Source of the DNA: Synergistales bacterium
GTDB lineage: Bacteria; Synergistota; Synergistia; Synergistales; JAFGMB01
Assembly (NCBI GenBank): GCA_963666205.1
Contig: OY762654.1
Span: forward strand, 1,600,001 to 1,664,000
Length of the DNA: 64,000 nt
Direction: 5' to 3'
Shown: piece after piece, positions 38,679 through 47,587 of the stretch
Position numbering within the stretch: position 1 is the stretch's first letter
Layout of the letters: the number at the start of each line of letters is the position of its first letter
Notes under the pieces: generated by a model
What the model was told of the DNA's origin: nothing
The model's input: the letters and a program-made list of their open reading frames with translations, nothing else
The model's database searches: none
Program-made: the position numbers and the translations under genes

Positions 38679-38730
38679 TACCGGGGCTATTCTTAAGGGT
38701 TTCAATTTCTGGTGATCGGGGAAAGATATT

Positions 38731-39711
38731 ATGGATAAAATTATTTTTTCACTGGGGCTTATATTTTTCGGACTTTCCTTCGGCTACACTATCCAGATAC
38801 TTGTTCGGACAGGCAAGTTGGCCCTTCCCCTTGATATTGACCTTCTCAGGAAGGGTATCCAGAAGGGAGTACTTCTTTTTGTCGTCCCTGTAACAGTTAT
38901 GGGTGCCATCTGGATAATGAATCTAGATGACATGAGGATCATTGCTCTGCCCTTTGTAGGAGCCCTTCACTTCCTCCTTGGAGGGTCCATCGCCATATTT
39001 GGTGCAAAGCTTTTCAGGCTTGACAGGAAAGAAACGGGTTCACTCTTCTGCTGCGGTTTCTTTACCAATATCGGTTCTGTTGGAGGGCTGGTGGCTTACA
39101 TACTGCTGGGTGAAAGCGGATTTGCCCTGGTTCCTGTCTACAAGGTGATAGGAGAGGTTATCTACTACGCCGTGGGTTTTCCTGTGGCCAAATTTTTCAG
39201 TTCCGCATCAATAAAGAAGGAAACCCCCATGGATGTGCTGAAAAGGATCAGCAGGGATATCTTCGTCCGCGTTTCCATGATAGCCATAACCGCGGGGGCC
39301 GTTCTGAATATTTCAGGTATTGAAAGGCCCTTTTTCTACACCAGGATCAACGCCCTCTTCATTCCTCTCAGTGCTTTTCTCATGCTTACCTCAATTGGCC
39401 TTGCCATGCGTTTCGGCAAGGTAAAGAACTATAAAAAAGAATGTATCCTTATTGCCTGCATAAAGTTTTTCATCATGCCTTTGGTTCTGGGTTCGCTGGC
39501 CCTTCTGCTTGGTTTTGATGAACTTATGGGGGGCCTGGTCTTTAAAGTGGTGGTGATACTGTCCTTTATGCCAGTGGCTTTTACAGCCCTTGTTCCTCCG
39601 TCCATCTACGACCTTGATCTTGACCTTGCCAATGCCTGCTGGTTTGTGACAACTTTGTGTCTGGCTTTTATTATCCCATTTCTTTCAGTGGTTATGAATT
39701 TTTTATCCTGA
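38731..39711 (+). CDS. AEC family transporter, tandem paralog
   Basis: Clearly homologous to the upstream gene (GSLFCCGFF.NIGSVGGL, PPSIYDLD.DL.N.CW). Confidence 0.8.
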   Translation: MDKIIFSLGLIFFGLSFGYTIQILVRTGKLALPLDIDLLRKGIQKGVLLFVVPVTVMGAIWIMNLDDMRIIALPFVGALHFLLGGSIAIFGAKLFRLDRKETGSLFCCGFFTNIGSVGGLVAYILLGESGFALVPVYKVIGEVIYYAVGFPVAKFFSSASIKKETPMDVLKRISRDIFVRVSMIAITAGAVLNISGIERPFFYTRINALFIPLSAFLMLTSIGLAMRFGKVKNYKKECILIACIKFFIMPLVLGSLALLLGFDELMGGLVFKVVVILSFMPVAFTALVPPSIYDLDLDLANACWFVTTLCLAFIIPFLSVVMNFLS

Positions 39712-39855
39712 TTTTACAGTTCCATTGCAGAAACCGGATTATCTTCTGCTACGAAAAAAACAGGGTTTCTTTTTCAGGATCAGCTATTCCATTTTCCCCT
39801 TCGGGTAATGGTACAATAAGTAATAATCATTATCACGAAAGGTGATGGTTCTGTA

Positions 39856-41037
39856 ATGGCTATATATCTTAACAATGCTGCTACTTCATGGCCCAAACCC
39901 GAGGCTGTTCCCAGGGCTATGTTCGATTTCCTGACAAGCAAGGGCGCAAATCTTGCCAGGGGTGCCGCTGCAAAACGGGATCTCTGCACCATGGATATGG
40001 TCATGTGCTGCAGGGAGAACATTGCAAAGATCTTTGACGGATTCCAGGATGCAGATCCTAGATATGTGACCTTTACGTCAAACATCACTGAATCCCTTAA
40101 CTTAGTTCTTAAAGGCTATCTTAAACCTGGCATGAAGGTCGTCACATCGAGTATGGAGCACAATGCATCCATGAGACCCCTCAGAAGGCTTGAGCAAAAA
40201 GGGATCATCCAGATGACAGTAATAGAGTGCGACAGGGAAGGCGTCCTTCATCTGGGAGACCTCCGCACCGCCCTTGAAAAAGACTCCTTCGACCTCATGG
40301 TCTTCACCCATGCAAGCAACATCTGCGGTACCGTTCAGGACCTGTCGGGAATCTCTGCCATCTGCAACGAATATGGAGTACCCATTGTTCTGGACAGCGC
40401 CCAGACTGCAGGCGTAATTCCCATTTCAGTTTCGGAGCTTAATCTTGCAGCCCTTTGTTTTACAGGCCATAAGGGCCTTATGGGTCCCCAGGGTATGGGT
40501 GGAATTTTATGGAGGCCCGATTTTGCCGGGGAAGTTGATTGCTTCATTGAAGGAGGAACAGGAAGTTTTTCTCACCTGGAATTTCAGCCGGATATGATGC
40601 CGGACAAGTTTGAGGCCGGAACGCCAAATCTTCCGGGAATTGCCGGGCTCCTGGCTGCAACAGAATGGCTTCTTGAGGAAACCATCGAAAATATTCAATC
40701 CAGGGAACATGAACTTGGCAGCTTCCTTCTCCAGGGATTGAAGAAACTGCAGGGCCTTGAATTAGCTGGTAAAATGACCATGGAGGGGAGATTGCCGGTC
40801 TTCCCCATCAACTTCAAGGGTCGGGATCATGCCGAAGTGGCAGCCCAGCTTGCTGATGATCCGGGAATAGAGACAAGACCTGGTCTTCACTGTGCTCCAA
40901 CAGCCCATAAGACCATAGGTACCTGGGGAAACGGCGGAGCAATGAGAGTCAGCGTGGGGTATTTCAACACAGAGGAAGAGATAGAAATATTTCTAAAAGC
41001 TCTTGAGGGAATCCTTTCCATACCGGCAGAAGCATAA
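39856..41037 (+). CDS. Cysteine desulfurase-family aminotransferase class V
   Basis: YLNNAATSWPKP, MEHNA, THASN, DSAQTAG, FTGHKGL.GPQG, EAGTPN, R.GLHCAP. Confidence 0.88.
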   Translation: MAIYLNNAATSWPKPEAVPRAMFDFLTSKGANLARGAAAKRDLCTMDMVMCCRENIAKIFDGFQDADPRYVTFTSNITESLNLVLKGYLKPGMKVVTSSMEHNASMRPLRRLEQKGIIQMTVIECDREGVLHLGDLRTALEKDSFDLMVFTHASNICGTVQDLSGISAICNEYGVPIVLDSAQTAGVIPISVSELNLAALCFTGHKGLMGPQGMGGILWRPDFAGEVDCFIEGGTGSFSHLEFQPDMMPDKFEAGTPNLPGIAGLLAATEWLLEETIENIQSREHELGSFLLQGLKKLQGLELAGKMTMEGRLPVFPINFKGRDHAEVAAQLADDPGIETRPGLHCAPTAHKTIGTWGNGGAMRVSVGYFNTEEEIEIFLKALEGILSIPAEA

Positions 41038-41064
41038 ATCTTGATATCAGGAAGGTGATCTCTA

Positions 41065-42036
41065 TTGGTAATTGATCCGACCATTACCGATGTTCTTTTA
41101 GCTTATCGTTTTCTTAAAAACAGGGTAAGACATACCCCAACAGAAAGATCCGCCCCCTTGAGCGAAAAACTTGGCACCAATGTTTTCATTAAGTGGGAGA
41201 ATCAGCAGATAGCCGGATCATTCAAACTTCGGGGAGCTCTTAACAAAATGTTCAGCCTCTCCTGTGATGAAACAAAGCTTGGAGTAGTGACGCCATCAAG
41301 CGGAAACCATGCCCAGGGTGTCGCCATAGCCGCAAAGATGCTTGGAGTTCGGGCAGTTATCTGTGTTCCGGGTGTATGTCCCATGACCAAACAGAAAGCC
41401 ATAAAGATGCGGGGCGGCGAGTTTGTAGACCTGAGGGTCATAGGACATTTTTACGATGATGCAGAGGCAGAGGCAAAGAGACTTGCCCGTGAGGAAGGAT
41501 TGACCTTTGTTTCATCCTACGAAGACCATTTTGTGGTGAGCGGTGCTGGAACATTAGGGCTGGAACTCATGATGGATGAGCCCGAACTCGATGTTCTTGT
41601 GGTTCCTGCCGGAGGCGGAGGTCTGTTAAACGGTATTGCAATAGCGGCCAAGGCATTGAGACCTCACGTCGAGCTATACGGTATCCAGTCTGTTGCATCT
41701 CAGCCATGGATAAAGTCCTGGCCCCTTGGTAAGGTAGTGGAAGTTGAATACGAAGATTCCCTTGCTGATGGACTGATGGGATCCATACCCCAGAGCCTGC
41801 TGGATCTTTCAAAGAAAAGGATCAAGGATTTCCTGGCAGTTACCGAGGATGATATTGCCCGTGCCATAGCCTTTCTCCATAACGAACACCACCAGGTGGT
41901 GGAAGGATCAGGAGCCATAGGTGTGGCGGCTCTCCTTGCAGGTAAAATACCTGTAGAAGGTAAAAATGTAGGAGTTGTTATTTCCGGAGGCAATATAGAT
42001 AAAAAGAGGCTTATGGAAGTACTCAACCTATTTTAG
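41065..42036 (+). CDS. PLP-dependent threonine/serine dehydratase (catabolic type, no ACT domain)
   Basis: KWEN.Q..GSFKLRGA, SSGNHAQG, PAGGGGL, EGSGA, VISGGNID. Confidence 0.88.
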   Translation: MVIDPTITDVLLAYRFLKNRVRHTPTERSAPLSEKLGTNVFIKWENQQIAGSFKLRGALNKMFSLSCDETKLGVVTPSSGNHAQGVAIAAKMLGVRAVICVPGVCPMTKQKAIKMRGGEFVDLRVIGHFYDDAEAEAKRLAREEGLTFVSSYEDHFVVSGAGTLGLELMMDEPELDVLVVPAGGGGLLNGIAIAAKALRPHVELYGIQSVASQPWIKSWPLGKVVEVEYEDSLADGLMGSIPQSLLDLSKKRIKDFLAVTEDDIARAIAFLHNEHHQVVEGSGAIGVAALLAGKIPVEGKNVGVVISGGNIDKKRLMEVLNLF

Positions 42037-42095
42037 ATTTGCGATTTCGGATTTTGGATTGAAAACAGGAACCGAAAAACATATGAGAGAGAAAT

Positions 42096-42131
42096 ACATA
42101 AAGCCGGGCAGGATCCTGCCCGGCTTTATGT
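42096..42131. terminator. Perfect 36-bp palindrome, bidirectional terminator
   Basis: ACATAAAGCCGGGCAGGATCCTGCCCGGCTTTATGT between convergent units. Confidence 0.7.
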
Positions 42132-42144
42132 CGTGGAATGTTTA

Positions 42145-42228
42145 TCAGGCTTCACCTTTTTCGGTGCGGTCTCTTCCTCTTTCTTTTGCATGATAGAGAG
42201 CCTGATCTGCCCGGGAAAACAGGCTGGG
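42145..42228 (-). pseudogene. C-terminal remnant of a GGDEF diguanylate cyclase
   Basis: Manual translation PSLFSRADQALYHAKERGRDRTEKGEA* matches the GGDEF C-terminal AD.ALY.AK..GR.R signature; the upstream part is absent. Confidence 0.75.
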
Positions 42229-42327
42229 ATAAATTATACTAAGCACAAACTGTTTTTACTGAAAGTAAATTTACAGCATTTTTGAGATTTGACTGTACAG
42301 ATAAGAACAAGTCTTGACTGAAAAGTG

Positions 42328-43173
42328 TTATTTCTTTTCGAATTCTTTTACTGCCTTGCTTACCGTTGAATAATGGACCCCGAAATGATTTCCAACTTCC
42401 TTAAGGGTGAACTGACCTGAAAGATATGCCCTTGCCATAGCTTCTTTGCGGTTTGAATATTCAACATCAAAGTATTCGAAGGTTTTCATGGGATTTTTTT
42501 TCTGTCCCCATGGAATTTCTGAAAGGTCTTTTCCAAAACTGTAGTTTTCCTGGAGTTCAGCAATAAATTCTGCACTTCCCAGGAAAACCTGGTGCCTTAT
42601 CTCCTTCTCCAGGTCCATTCTCAATTTTAAACCCTCTTCAACAAATTCCATGTAAAGGGTTCTGGCCAGCTTCTTTGATCTGTCAAAACAGGAAAGGATC
42701 GGGTCGACGTTGAGCCATTTCTCTCGGGCATCAAGTCCGGCAGTAGACCGGTAACTGCTCCATGGATAATCTTCGGCCTTTTCTGTTATGTTTGCCAGGA
42801 CGGGGGTAAGGGCTACATACCGCGCAAGTTCTTTGAGGTAAGCTTTTTTTTCTACCAGGATGGATTTGAATCTTCCCTGGAACAGATGTCCTGCCCCGTC
42901 ATGACGACGGTTGAAGGTCTGGGTGTAGACTCCGTTAAGCAGGCGCATGCCTTTTGAGAGATTTGCCTCGGGGGTTTCAATGATCAGATGGTAATGGTTT
43001 ATCATCAGGCAATAGCCGTGACATATCCATCCCATTCTTGAAATGGTATTGCCCAGGATATCAAGAAATACTTCCCTGTCCTCCCCATTCATGTAAATAT
43101 CCTGTTTTGCGTTTCCCCTTGAGGTTATCAGATACAGGGCGCCTTTGAATTCAATTCTTAGTGGTCTGCTCAT
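42328..43173 (-). mobile_element. IS200-like HUH tyrosine transposase (RAYT-type, with C-terminal HTH)
   Basis: MSRPLRIE..GALY.ITSRGN, YCLM.NHYHL (HUH), GHLFQGRFKS, YPWSSY, C-terminal LKEVG.HFGVHYSTVS. Confidence 0.9.
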
Positions 43174-43254
43174 GGTTACAGGATACATCAATAATAATAT
43201 TATTCCAAGACCTGACCCCATATGGTTGAGACCGAACCTGAGGGGCGGGGGGTG

Positions 43255-43790
43255 TTATTTGTTGTTTGGGGTTTCTTCGGGATCGTTCTGGGAGGGCTCG
43301 AAGGATTCCCGGGCAGCTTCCTGGTTCAGCCTGATGGCTTCCAGCTTGAAGGCTTCTATGATCTTCTGGAAGTCTGGCATGAGGATGTTTTCTCCCTCCT
43401 GCTTAATAACGAAGATGAGGTGTTCCCCTAGAAATGTGCCCTTAAGAGTGGCGTCAAGCTGTTTTTACGACACGTTGCAGATCCTTCCCACGGTGTCCAC
43501 GGCCACGCCAGTCTCTATTCCCTTTTCCTCGAATTGAATAAGAAGTCTTTTCTTCTGTAAGGGAAGGAATGATTCAATTTTAAGGAATTCCGCCAGGTCT
43601 CTAGCGGGGAGTATCTACCCCCTTATGGTGTAAACCCGGGGGAGAGTGGCCAGTGTCAGTGCCATAACCCTCACTTTCTCAGGCCTATGATCTTTTTCAT
43701 GATGCTGATATTGACAGTGAAGACCCTGCTTCCAGGTTCCAATACCACCACTTGCATCACGGTTTTACCCTGTTTGGGGCCTTCTCCCAT
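43255..43790 (-). pseudogene. Degraded cheW/cheV-like chemotaxis gene
   Basis: From ATG 43790: MQVVVLE...FTVNI..MKKII; then a frameshift; then VYTIRG*ILPARDLAEFL...GVAVDTVGRI..S*...VIKQEGENILMPDFQKII. One frameshift and two premature stops (TAG, TAA). Confidence 0.7.
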
Positions 43791-43856
43791 TTTTCTCTTT
43801 CTGATTAAAGGCTGTTCATATTTCTTTTGCCCTTAACAGCCTTGTAAAAAGGGTTA

Positions 43857-44645
43857 TCACTTTTTCATCGAATTTGCAATGGCAAGAAGTTCATCGGCGG
43901 TCTGAATGGCTTTTGACCCGGCTTCGTAGGCTCTCTGGGCAGTGATCATGCTAACCATTTCCTCTACCACCTGCACATTGCTTCTTTCAATGGTACCCTG
44001 CACTATAGAGCCGATCCCATCTTCCGATGGTGTGCCCACTATGGGGGCTCCGCTTGCATCAGTCTCAAGGAAAAGACTTTTTCCTGCTGCCAGAAGCCCT
44101 GCAGGGTTGACAAAGCGTGCAAGTTCTATCTCCCCTATTTCCTGGAAGAGAGGATCATCTGCTACTTTGACCGATACTATTCCGGTGTCGCTAATGTTCA
44201 TCTCGGTGGTATCCTCCGGAATTGTCACGGCAGGCTCCAGAATATAGCCGTCCATTGTTACCATCTGGCCTTCCCCGTCTATGCTGAAGGCGCCGTTCCT
44301 TGTGTACGCTATTGATCCGTTGGGGAGAGTGACCTGGAAAAAACCGTCCCCCTGGATCATTATATCCGTAGGGTTATCGGTGACCTCCGCAGTTCCCTGT
44401 CCCATCATTCGCATAGTTCCTGTTACTCTGCTGCCAAGACCTACCTGTACACCAGTGGGTACTGTGGAACCCGGCTCTACAGGTGCCCCCGGCTCTCGAT
44501 CTATCTGGTAGAGGAGATCCTCGAAATCCGCACGCTGCTTCTTGAAGCCGGAGGTATTAACATTGGCAAGGTTGTTGGCTATGACGTCCAGATTCGTCTG
44601 CTGTGCTTTCATGCCTGATGCTGCCGACCAAAGGGCCCTGATCAT
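43857..44645 (-). CDS. flgG: Flagellar basal-body rod protein FlgG
   Basis: MIRALWSAASGM.AQQ..LDVIANNLANVNT.GFK..RADFEDLLYQ, YTR.G.F, ERSNVQVVEEMV.MI.AQRAYE. Confidence 0.95.
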   Translation of the reverse strand: MIRALWSAASGMKAQQTNLDVIANNLANVNTSGFKKQRADFEDLLYQIDREPGAPVEPGSTVPTGVQVGLGSRVTGTMRMMGQGTAEVTDNPTDIMIQGDGFFQVTLPNGSIAYTRNGAFSIDGEGQMVTMDGYILEPAVTIPEDTTEMNISDTGIVSVKVADDPLFQEIGEIELARFVNPAGLLAAGKSLFLETDASGAPIVGTPSEDGIGSIVQGTIERSNVQVVEEMVSMITAQRAYEAGSKAIQTADELLAIANSMKK

Positions 44646-44679
44646 ATGTTTCACTCCCCTTTTCTTTATCGGATCAAAA

Positions 44680-45126
44680 TCATGCCAGGAGAGACAGGAG
44701 ACATCCCTGGATCTCTGTGGTGATACCCATGATCCTGCTTCTTTTTCCTTCCCGGCCTATCACCTTTTCAAGTTCGCTGAGTCCCTTGCGGGTCCTGTCA
44801 ATAAGTAGTCGGGAGGATCCGCATATCATGGAAAAGTCCCTTCGTATCTCCAGCATGGACTCTGCCTTCTGAAGTATCTGACCCACCACACTTCGATACT
44901 CCTCCAGGACCTTGTCAGAGGGAAAGCGGAAAAGCTTCTCCGTCACAATTTCCAGGTCGCTCAGGATATCCCTTGTTTCTACCCTGAGAAGATCTTCCTC
45001 GAAGTTTGCCTTCCCTGCATCTTTTGTCTTTAGCTGAAGTTTTCCGGTTTGGGTCCCCTTTGAACTTTCCATAAAGGATTTTTCCAGAAATATTCCTTCA
45101 GCAACGCAGTTACCGGAAATGCTCAT
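44680..45126 (-). CDS. YaaR/DUF327 family protein
   Basis: F...L, L.EYR..V..IL, C-terminal EIQG.LL.LL pattern; sigma28-type promoter upstream. Confidence 0.65.
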   Translation of the reverse strand: MSISGNCVAEGIFLEKSFMESSKGTQTGKLQLKTKDAGKANFEEDLLRVETRDILSDLEIVTEKLFRFPSDKVLEEYRSVVGQILQKAESMLEIRRDFSMICGSSRLLIDRTRKGLSELEKVIGREGKRSRIMGITTEIQGCLLSLLA

Positions 45127-45186
45127 TAACGGGCCACCTTTCGGGAACTAGGGCCTTCCTGTAAAAGGAAAGGGACTCCTCATAGA

Positions 45187-45214
45187 GTATCGGTCCTCCC
45201 TGTCCTGCTCTTGA
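45187..45214 (-). promoter_or_regulatory. Putative sigma28 (FliA) promoter for yaaR-flgG
   Basis: Minus strand TCAAG-N15-ACCGATAC, about 60 bp before the ATG. Confidence 0.6.
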
Positions 45215-45227
45215 GTAGGAGCGTATA

Positions 45228-46394
45228 TTATTCAAGGGAGGAAATGTACCATCCGCCCTGAAGCTCCGAAAGCTTGAGGGAGACAGATCGGAGTGTTCGT
45301 ATAACCAGCAGTTTCTGGGCGAAGATCACCTTTGCCTCGTCCTTATCTCCTTCATCAACTAGTTTTGAGTCAAGGGGAAGTGTACCGGGCAGGGATCTTT
45401 CCTTCAACAGGGCTTCCAGGTCTTCTGAGCTCTCTATCTCCTCTCGGAAAGCTGGCGAAAGAAAATTCAGCATCTCCATGGAGTCGCCCTTTTTCCATGC
45501 CACCAGAAAAAGCTTCATAATCTGGTTTCGACTGAAGCCTGGAATGATAGGAGCCTCTTCTTTCTTCCGGGAGGGAAAACTCACCTCCGGAAGAATCACT
45601 TTCTTCTGTTCAGCAAAGAGGGGTTTCTGTTTTTTGACCAGTTCCGCCAGGGTCTCATCGAGCCTCTCTCGAAGAAGAGCCTTCTGGCAAGAGAGGGCTT
45701 CTATCTGTTTGAGAAGGATGGACTTTTCTCCCTCCCAGTTGTTCCTGTTATCCTCCAGTTCCTTTTTCCGGATCTCTTCAGCCTGGATCTGCATTTCCTG
45801 AACTTCTGCAACGGAGGCAATCTCAGACTTTTTCTTAACCTTTTCGGTAACTTCCTTCCTCAAACGATTGTCCCGATCCTCGGGAAATTCGAAGGTAAGT
45901 TCTCCTCCCCTGTCTGGAAATAGTACAAGCTCAAAGGGGCCCTCCACAAGAGGAAAGAAGACCAGTCCCTGCACCAGGCCGGTTATGGGACTGTCGAAAA
46001 GGTTGTCGTAGGAAGTGGGAGCCAGTCTTTCACCGTCCGAGGTCTGTAGGAAGAACTTTTCAGATAGAGGTTTGAGCTCAATAGCTCTATCTGTGTAGCT
46101 GTGAAGGGAAAGGAGAACGGGGGTGGATTTATCCATTTTCAGGGAACAGCGGAAATCTTCCGCCATCTTCCCTGTAGGGTCCCCTGCTCCGCCAGTTCTT
46201 GACCTTACCCAGGGATCCACCATATCCTCGGGATAGTGGACCGCCCATACCAGAAAGTCCCTGCCCCAGCGAAAGGCTGTCCTGCCGTCCAGAATGGTCT
46301 CCACAGGGTTTACCCCTCCATTCGAGGGAACAGGGGAAAGAAACAGGAGAAGGGTTAGTGTAACGGTAAAAAAATTAAGGGTTTTACGGATCAT
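45228..46394 (-). CDS. Hypothetical exported protein with central coiled coil
   Basis: Signal peptide, coiled-coil segment, C-terminal NTF2-like pattern (FL.AW..GD...M...LS...GGWYI). Confidence 0.7.
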   Translation of the reverse strand: MIRKTLNFFTVTLTLLLFLSPVPSNGGVNPVETILDGRTAFRWGRDFLVWAVHYPEDMVDPWVRSRTGGAGDPTGKMAEDFRCSLKMDKSTPVLLSLHSYTDRAIELKPLSEKFFLQTSDGERLAPTSYDNLFDSPITGLVQGLVFFPLVEGPFELVLFPDRGGELTFEFPEDRDNRLRKEVTEKVKKKSEIASVAEVQEMQIQAEEIRKKELEDNRNNWEGEKSILLKQIEALSCQKALLRERLDETLAELVKKQKPLFAEQKKVILPEVSFPSRKKEEAPIIPGFSRNQIMKLFLVAWKKGDSMEMLNFLSPAFREEIESSEDLEALLKERSLPGTLPLDSKLVDEGDKDEAKVIFAQKLLVIRTLRSVSLKLSELQGGWYISSLE

Positions 46395-46582
46395 GACAAA
46401 CCTCCGGATATCTTGACTGTATGAAGATTCTTTTGACCATATACAAACCTATAAAAAATATTATAATAATAAACGTTTATATGTCTACTATATATTTTTA
46501 ATTCTTTTCGGAACTGTAATTTCAGAAGATGAGGGGGGCCTTGTTCAAGAGGGGTTCTTCCAGGAAGGAGCTGGTCTAGCCA

Positions 46583-47074
46583 ATGACGGTAAGGATAAAC
46601 ACCCCTCTTATGGGGGAAGTGGATGTGGAGGAGAAGGACCTACTCTTTTTCCCGAGAGGTCTGCCGGGCTTCGAAAAACTGCACCGCTGGGTACTGGCGG
46701 GAGAGGACGATGATTGTATAAAGTGGCTTATCTCAGCCGACCTAGGCCAGATAACTCTGCCGGTGATGGACCCGGTTCTGGTGGATTCCCGTTATTCCCC
46801 CTCTATTCCGGTAGAAGTGCTGGAAGAACTGGAGATAAGGGAATTTAAGGATGCTCTTGTGATTGTTATCCTTAACATTCCCCGGCAGGAGCCCTGGAAG
46901 GGAACGGCCAATCTTCTCGCACCCCTGGTGATAAACCCCGTGAGCCGAAGGGGCAGACAGGTGGTTCTCTATGACGAACGCTACAGCGTCTATTCTCCGC
47001 TGATTTCCGAAGGGGAAGTGCCCCGGGTAGAAACCGGAGAGCCGGAGACTTGCGAAGAAAAGGAGAATAACTGA
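46583..47074 (+). CDS. fliW: Flagellar assembly factor FliW
   Basis: F..GLPGFE, WL.S, TANLLAPLVIN...R.G.QV.L; upstream of csrA. Confidence 0.93.
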   Translation: MTVRINTPLMGEVDVEEKDLLFFPRGLPGFEKLHRWVLAGEDDDCIKWLISADLGQITLPVMDPVLVDSRYSPSIPVEVLEELEIREFKDALVIVILNIPRQEPWKGTANLLAPLVINPVSRRGRQVVLYDERYSVYSPLISEGEVPRVETGEPETCEEKENN

Positions 47075-47328
47075 TGCTTGTCCTCACCAGGCGCAAGGGT
47101 GAAAGCATAGTTCTGGATGTGGGCAACGGCATAGAGATAACCGTCATTGAAGCGGGCAACGGATCAGTAAGGCTGGGCATAGATGCCCCACGGTCGGTGG
47201 ATGTGTGGAGAAAGGAAGTGCTCCTCCAGGTGCAGGACTCCAACAGGACGGCAGCCCAGCTGCCCGAAAAGGGCCTGGAGGGTTTACAGAACCTCCTTAA
47301 AAAGCGAAGCCATACCCAGGAAGGATAG
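47074..47328 (+). CDS. csrA: Carbon storage regulator CsrA
   Basis: [13 protein letters not shown]...[22 protein letters not shown] coupling to fliW. Confidence 0.95.
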   Translation: MLVLTRRKGESIVLDVGNGIEITVIEAGNGSVRLGIDAPRSVDVWRKEVLLQVQDSNRTAAQLPEKGLEGLQNLLKKRSHTQEG

Positions 47329-47540
47329 ACACAGGGTAATGGAAGCCCTTGAGGGTTCAGAAACACTGGAGTCTGTTTATCAAGCCCATTCCTTCAGGGA
47401 TGAGACCTGGAAGCAGTATGATCCTAAAAATCCTTATGATTATTTTTTTGTTTCCAGAACTCAGGACTCTTATATTTCTCCACGAGGGGCAGGGTCCTGC
47501 CGGCGGATTTTGCCCGGAAGTGCTCACTCGGGTGCTTCGG

Positions 47541-47577
47541 ATTCCACGGAAGGAATTTCAAACAACTTACAAGGAGG
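47541..47577 (+). promoter_or_regulatory. CsrA-binding sites in the flagellin 5' leader
   Basis: Hairpin ATTCC-ACGGAA-GGAAT with ANGGA in the loop, and a second AAGGA overlapping the SD (ACAAGGAGG). Confidence 0.75.
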
Positions 47578-47587
47578 TTTCAGCAAT

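Noticed and set aside
43255-43790. Stop-codon readthrough (Sec/Pyl) rescuing the cheW-like gene
   Set aside because: The lesions include a TAA and a frameshift, so decay is the simpler explanation.
47183-47587. 135-codon in-frame N-terminal extension of flagellin in the ORF track
   Set aside because: It overlaps csrA and the CsrA-site leader; the canonical MRIYHN start at 47588 has a strong SD.
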